DNA of 39,515 bases, from assembly GCA_947483345.1 (NCBI GenBank), contig CANKNL010000001.1, forward strand, positions 1 through 39,515, read 5' to 3'. Below, in pieces: positions 35,900 through 39,515 of this stretch; position 1 is the first letter of the stretch; each line of letters starts with the position of its first letter. The DNA comes from Chitinophagaceae bacterium (GTDB taxonomy: Bacteria; Bacteroidota; Bacteroidia; Chitinophagales; Chitinophagaceae). Below the pieces are notes generated by a model. It was not told the origin of the DNA. It ran no database searches and saw only the letters and a list, made by a program, of their open reading frames with translations. Position numbers and translations under genes: made by a program.

Positions 35900-36216
35900 G
35901 GTGGTGAGTTTTTATGAAAGCAAAAGAAGTGAAGGGAGGAATATAAAAACAGTTGCAGGGGTTGCACAACCCCCGAAAAATGCAGGCTGGGCAAGGGAAT
36001 TTTGTAAAAAAATAGTTTGAAGAGGGTGATTTTTAGGATAAAAGGGTACCGGGGAGAAAAATCTCCTTTTTTTTGGTGGTAATTACCTTTGTTTATTCAG
36101 ATGTTTTTGAAATATTGTAATTCTTTTCAAAAATCCTTCTACAAAAACCATCAAAATTCAGGCGTTCCTTTTCAAGTTTTAACTAATTCGTAACCCTAAA
36201 AGACCTGTTAACGGCC

Positions 36217-37410
36217 TTGGAATATGAACTAAAGGTTCTGGAGCATATTATTACAGTAGTTCTGAACCCATCAAGAATAACGCGGGACACACTGAATGAT
36301 GAATTCCTTAGTGAATGCAAGTTGCTGATTGAAACTGAAAGGGAAAGGATCCGGAATCAATTCAGGGTAATGGTTTTTAGTGACCGCCAACAAAGCGACC
36401 TGGAATCTTATTACCGGAAACACCAGGCTATATTGGTGCAGCTTGTTGATATTGTTTTTAACTACCTGCAGCCCGGAGGACCGGAAAGTATTTACCGGTT
36501 AACAAGCGACATCTCCATTTCAAATTTTTACAAAGAGATAGCACAAATCCCGGGGGATCTGTTGGATTTTATTGAAAAGAGTTTTCCGGAATATTTTGAC
36601 CATGGCATAAAAGTACCGGAAGCAAAACGGTGGTTGATGGCGCCGGAGATGAAAAGAAGCCTGAAAGGAATACAAAAAGAGGTGGAGAAATTAGAAGTAG
36701 ATGATGAGCTTATTAAAATAGCCTGTAAACCTCTTGAGGATTACCTTTTGCCTGGTGAGGTGATCAGCTACCATGAGCTTAGCTATTTACAGGAATTGCA
36801 ACGTGAGCTGATTTCATTTATTAAAAAGAAAGATAAAGCTAATTTAAATGAGGAATTGTGCCGATTGCTTTTGCACCTGAATTTTAATAGCATCAGTTTT
36901 TTCAGTTATTATATACTGCAGCTGCAAGAAAAGTCGAATGGCTGTAACACTTTACCGGATTTGATTGAATACCATTCTTTGAAATTGAAAATAATCAACC
37001 AGCTGCCGGTGAAGGCCGGATTGGTTTATAAAACCGGTCTGCCGGCGATAAGAGAGCAAGTAGGTTCCTGGATATGCGAGGAATTATACTATTTGGAAAA
37101 GCAGGAGCGGTTTTTATACTTGGACCCCAGGCCAAAAAATGAGCTTCAGCAAACCGAGATGAAAGTACATACAAGTCTATCGGTATCGCACCTGGCGATG
37201 GCTGTTAAGCTATTGGTGGAAGCGAAGTTGATCACCAATACGAATTCAAGTGATTTGATACGGATGGTAGCCAGGAATTTCCGGACGGACCGGCAGGAGG
37301 TTATTTCCGAGGAAAGCCTGAGGAATAAATTATACAGTTTTGAAACGGCGACAGTTACCAGGCTAAAAGATGAGATTGTTGGTTTGATGAATTTGGTGAG
37401 GAAGTATTAG
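36217..37410 (+). CDS. Hypothetical helical protein (possible element regulator)
   Basis: 397-aa ORF with TTG start, divergent from the excisionase-like gene; C-terminal LSV..L.......IS.ESLRNK motif. Confidence 0.75.
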   Translation: MEYELKVLEHIITVVLNPSRITRDTLNDEFLSECKLLIETERERIRNQFRVMVFSDRQQSDLESYYRKHQAILVQLVDIVFNYLQPGGPESIYRLTSDISISNFYKEIAQIPGDLLDFIEKSFPEYFDHGIKVPEAKRWLMAPEMKRSLKGIQKEVEKLEVDDELIKIACKPLEDYLLPGEVISYHELSYLQELQRELISFIKKKDKANLNEELCRLLLHLNFNSISFFSYYILQLQEKSNGCNTLPDLIEYHSLKLKIINQLPVKAGLVYKTGLPAIREQVGSWICEELYYLEKQERFLYLDPRPKNELQQTEMKVHTSLSVSHLAMAVKLLVEAKLITNTNSSDLIRMVARNFRTDRQEVISEESLRNKLYSFETATVTRLKDEIVGLMNLVRKY

Positions 37411-37413
37411 GTT

Positions 37414-37638
37414 TTATTGTTTGAGCAAATAGCCCATGTGATTTTCTTTCAGGACCTTGATAAGTTCCTGCAGGCCATGGTAAGTGAATCCCTCCGATTT
37501 TATTAATTCTGCAACCGGGATAGCTACCATCTCCCCTATTGTATTAACACCTAATTTTTGTGAAAAGGATTTGAAATCTTCTGTAAAAGGAAGATCACTG
37601 ATCTTTTGATTTAATATTTCGTTTTCAATAGCGGGCAT
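37414..37638 (-). CDS. Stand-alone RNA polymerase alpha-CTD-like (helix-hairpin-helix) protein
   Basis: LNQKISDL.F......LGVNTIGEM......L...GF....LQEL...L pattern mirrors alphaCTD; start is 37638 or 37656. Confidence 0.6.
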   Translation of the reverse strand: MPAIENEILNQKISDLPFTEDFKSFSQKLGVNTIGEMVAIPVAELIKSEGFTYHGLQELIKVLKENHMGYLLKQ

Positions 37639-37662
37639 AAAAAAGACGTGGCACATACTACC

Positions 37663-37772
37663 GTTCCTGGGGCACCCGCTAAGGGCCTAGTCCACAATAG
37701 CTGTTACCACGCCGTAGCGTGGCGACAGACTATCATTGAGTGGACTTGAAAAATTAGCGGGTTTTCAGAAAC
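37663..37772. ncRNA. Long imperfect hairpin (candidate regulatory or antisense RNA)
   Basis: Nested pairings gttcctg/cagaaac, acccgctaa/ttagcgggt, agtccac/gtggact, ccacgc/gcgtgg. Confidence 0.5.
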
Positions 37773-37860
37773 TCTAATAATAGCTAATCGCTAGCAATAT
37801 TTTTATGTGATCAACTTAAAGTTGAGTAATAAAGGTAGTTTAAAAATGAAAAAATAATGT

Positions 37861-39105
37861 TTACTTATTTGCTACTTTTTTAAGCTTGGTCTTGGGCTTA
37901 AACTTTTTGAAAAGAACGTTCATATCCTGGCTGACCTTTTTATCCAATATTTTGGCATAGTGTTGCGTGGTTCGCATATTTTTATGGCCCAGCATTTTGC
38001 TTACTGATTCCAAAGAAATGCCATTGGAAAGGGTGACTGTTGTTGCAAAAGTATGGCGTGCAATATGGAAAGTAAGATCCTTTTGGATTTCACAGGCTAT
38101 TGCAATTTCTTTTAGATATGAATTCATTCTCTGGTTACTGAGTACTGGTAACAATCTTCCTTTATTAACTGCAGCCGGGTGATCTTTATACTTATTTAGG
38201 ATTTCCATGGCCGGCGGCAGCAGCGGAATATTGGACGGTGTATCTGTTTTTGTTCTATGTGTTTTAATCCAGTGTTTACCGTCTATGCCAATTACGAAAT
38301 TAGATGGGGTAAGCTTTGTTACGTCGACATAAGCGAGCCCGGTGTAACAGCTGAATATAAAAATATCCTTCACCTGGTTGAGGCGGTCCATAACAAAGAC
38401 CTTTTTAGTAAGTACCTGTAATTCTTCTGTTGAAAGGAAATTCCTTTCAACTTCTGTAAGTTTTGGTTTATACCTAACGAAAGGATCTTTATCAAGCCAG
38501 CCATTAGCTATACAGATACGAATTATCTTTTTGAAATTCTTGATGTACTTGATGACGGTGTTATTGGCACATTTGCGTACGGAACGGAGATAAAAATCAT
38601 AGTCGGTGATGAATTCGTGACCAATTTCCCTGATGTCAATATCTGAAATCCGGAACTTCCATTTGATGAAATCCCGGGTATGGGATAAACTGGTTTTGTA
38701 CCTTTCGACCGTTCCAGCTGCAAATCCTTTATCAATTAAGGCTTCAACCTCATCATTATGCTTCTGGAAAATTTCCATCAGCATCCTTTGTTTTTCACTG
38801 GCGCCGGTGTACCTGTTTTTTAAAGTCTCGGCCGTGATCATTTTATTATCTCTTATCAATGCCTGGTGCGCATCATATAATTTGGACTGCAGGGTTTCAA
38901 GATATGCATTGAAGTGCCGAGTGCTTTCGCTTTTGCCATTTAAACGGCCAGCTTTACTATTCCAGTCATTGGGATCGGCCTCCCGTTTGATCGAGATTTC
39001 GGACCTTTTACCGTCGACGGTTATTCGTAAATAAATGGGAACTGGCCCTTCTTCATAATTTTTGGGTTTCTTCAGAAAGAAGATAAAAAAGAAAGTCTTA
39101 ATCAT
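37861..39105 (-). CDS. Tyrosine site-specific integrase (Bacteroidota IntDOT-like)
   Basis: Arm-binding N-terminus PIYLRITVDG, SAM domain, CYTGLAY, HIARHTFAT, LGH, catalytic Tyr in QHYA; adjacent to tRNA. Confidence 0.96.
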   Translation of the reverse strand: MIKTFFFIFFLKKPKNYEEGPVPIYLRITVDGKRSEISIKREADPNDWNSKAGRLNGKSESTRHFNAYLETLQSKLYDAHQALIRDNKMITAETLKNRYTGASEKQRMLMEIFQKHNDEVEALIDKGFAAGTVERYKTSLSHTRDFIKWKFRISDIDIREIGHEFITDYDFYLRSVRKCANNTVIKYIKNFKKIIRICIANGWLDKDPFVRYKPKLTEVERNFLSTEELQVLTKKVFVMDRLNQVKDIFIFSCYTGLAYVDVTKLTPSNFVIGIDGKHWIKTHRTKTDTPSNIPLLPPAMEILNKYKDHPAAVNKGRLLPVLSNQRMNSYLKEIAIACEIQKDLTFHIARHTFATTVTLSNGISLESVSKMLGHKNMRTTQHYAKILDKKVSQDMNVLFKKFKPKTKLKKVANK

Positions 39106-39216
39106 TGCCGGAGATTTGCGGTGAGTACGGAAATTGCTGTCCTAAAGATACAAATTTGATATTATTTATTCAAACTTATTTTATCTACAATCAGCCACCA
39201 GTAAGGGTTTAACTAC

Positions 39217-39310
39217 AATTCGGTGCGTCAAGGAGAGTCATGATTTTACGCACCGAATTACGCACCTACAAAACGAATTTTCTGAATATTTTGGTGATTT
39301 ACTCACCGAA
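39217..39310. promoter_or_regulatory. Putative integrase arm-type binding sites, right end
   Basis: aattcggtgcgt, acgcaccgaatt-acgcacc, actcaccgaa. Confidence 0.65.
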
Positions 39311-39313
39311 TGC

Positions 39314-39345
39314 AAAACCCGCAAACTATTGATTTGCGGGCTTTT
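39314..39345 (-). terminator. Terminator-like hairpin downstream of tRNA-Ser
   Basis: aaaa-cccgcaaa-ctattga-tttgcggg-ctttt. Confidence 0.7.
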
Positions 39346-39367
39346 AAGTGAATTTAGTCTTGTGATT

Positions 39368-39457
<90 letters not shown>

Positions 39458-39482
39458 TGATCCGCCCCGTATTAAGGGGTTG

Positions 39483-39490
39483 CAAAAATA
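39483..39490 (-). promoter_or_regulatory. -7 box of the tRNA-Ser promoter
   Basis: Minus strand TATTTTTG fits TAnnTTTG, about 25 nt upstream of the tRNA. Confidence 0.6.
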
Positions 39491-39515
39491 CAATTCCAAA
39501 AGATAATGCCCAAAA

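Noticed and set aside
37861-39105. Integrase lacking the first catalytic Arg (TGLAY) as possibly inactive, or as the cassette integrase
   Set aside because: Loss of this Arg is known in active IntDOT-like integrases, and I see no IntI-specific insertion, so it is treated as the element integrase only

Overview
Almost the whole window is one ~39.3-kb Bacteroidota integrative element. The TAnnTTTG promoters and IntDOT-type integrase support the phylum; a Chitinophagaceae-like host is my inference. It is inserted in the 3' end of a minus-strand tRNA-Ser(GCT) at 39369-39457, with duplicated tRNA 3' ends at 65-115 and 132-149 and the displaced tRNA-Pro(TGG) at the left edge. The right arm carries a tyrosine integrase, an alphaCTD-like small protein, an HTH excisionase-like gene, a phage-type replication initiator with intragenic iterons, phage-like hypotheticals and YhcG. 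The left arm carries an HTH gene, a thermonuclease, a conserved 252-aa protein, DUF5675, two paralogous 16-codon micro-ORFs, two holin-like ORFs and a DUF6943-like gene. I recognise no relaxase, T4SS, terminase or portal. Cargo: (i) three integron-like gene cassettes with self-complementary GTT...AAC ends, long attC-like spacers and a promoter abutting the first GTT, but no IntI; (ii) a GC-rich, hairpin-rich non-coding block resembling a single-strand origin; (iii) a 16-kb Zn/Cd/Co plus Cu resistance cluster with two unannotated micro-ORFs; (iv) an IS21 element whose flanks indicate a deletion truncating sbcC and a DUF3347 gene. All family assignments come from motif recognition by eye, not database searches.
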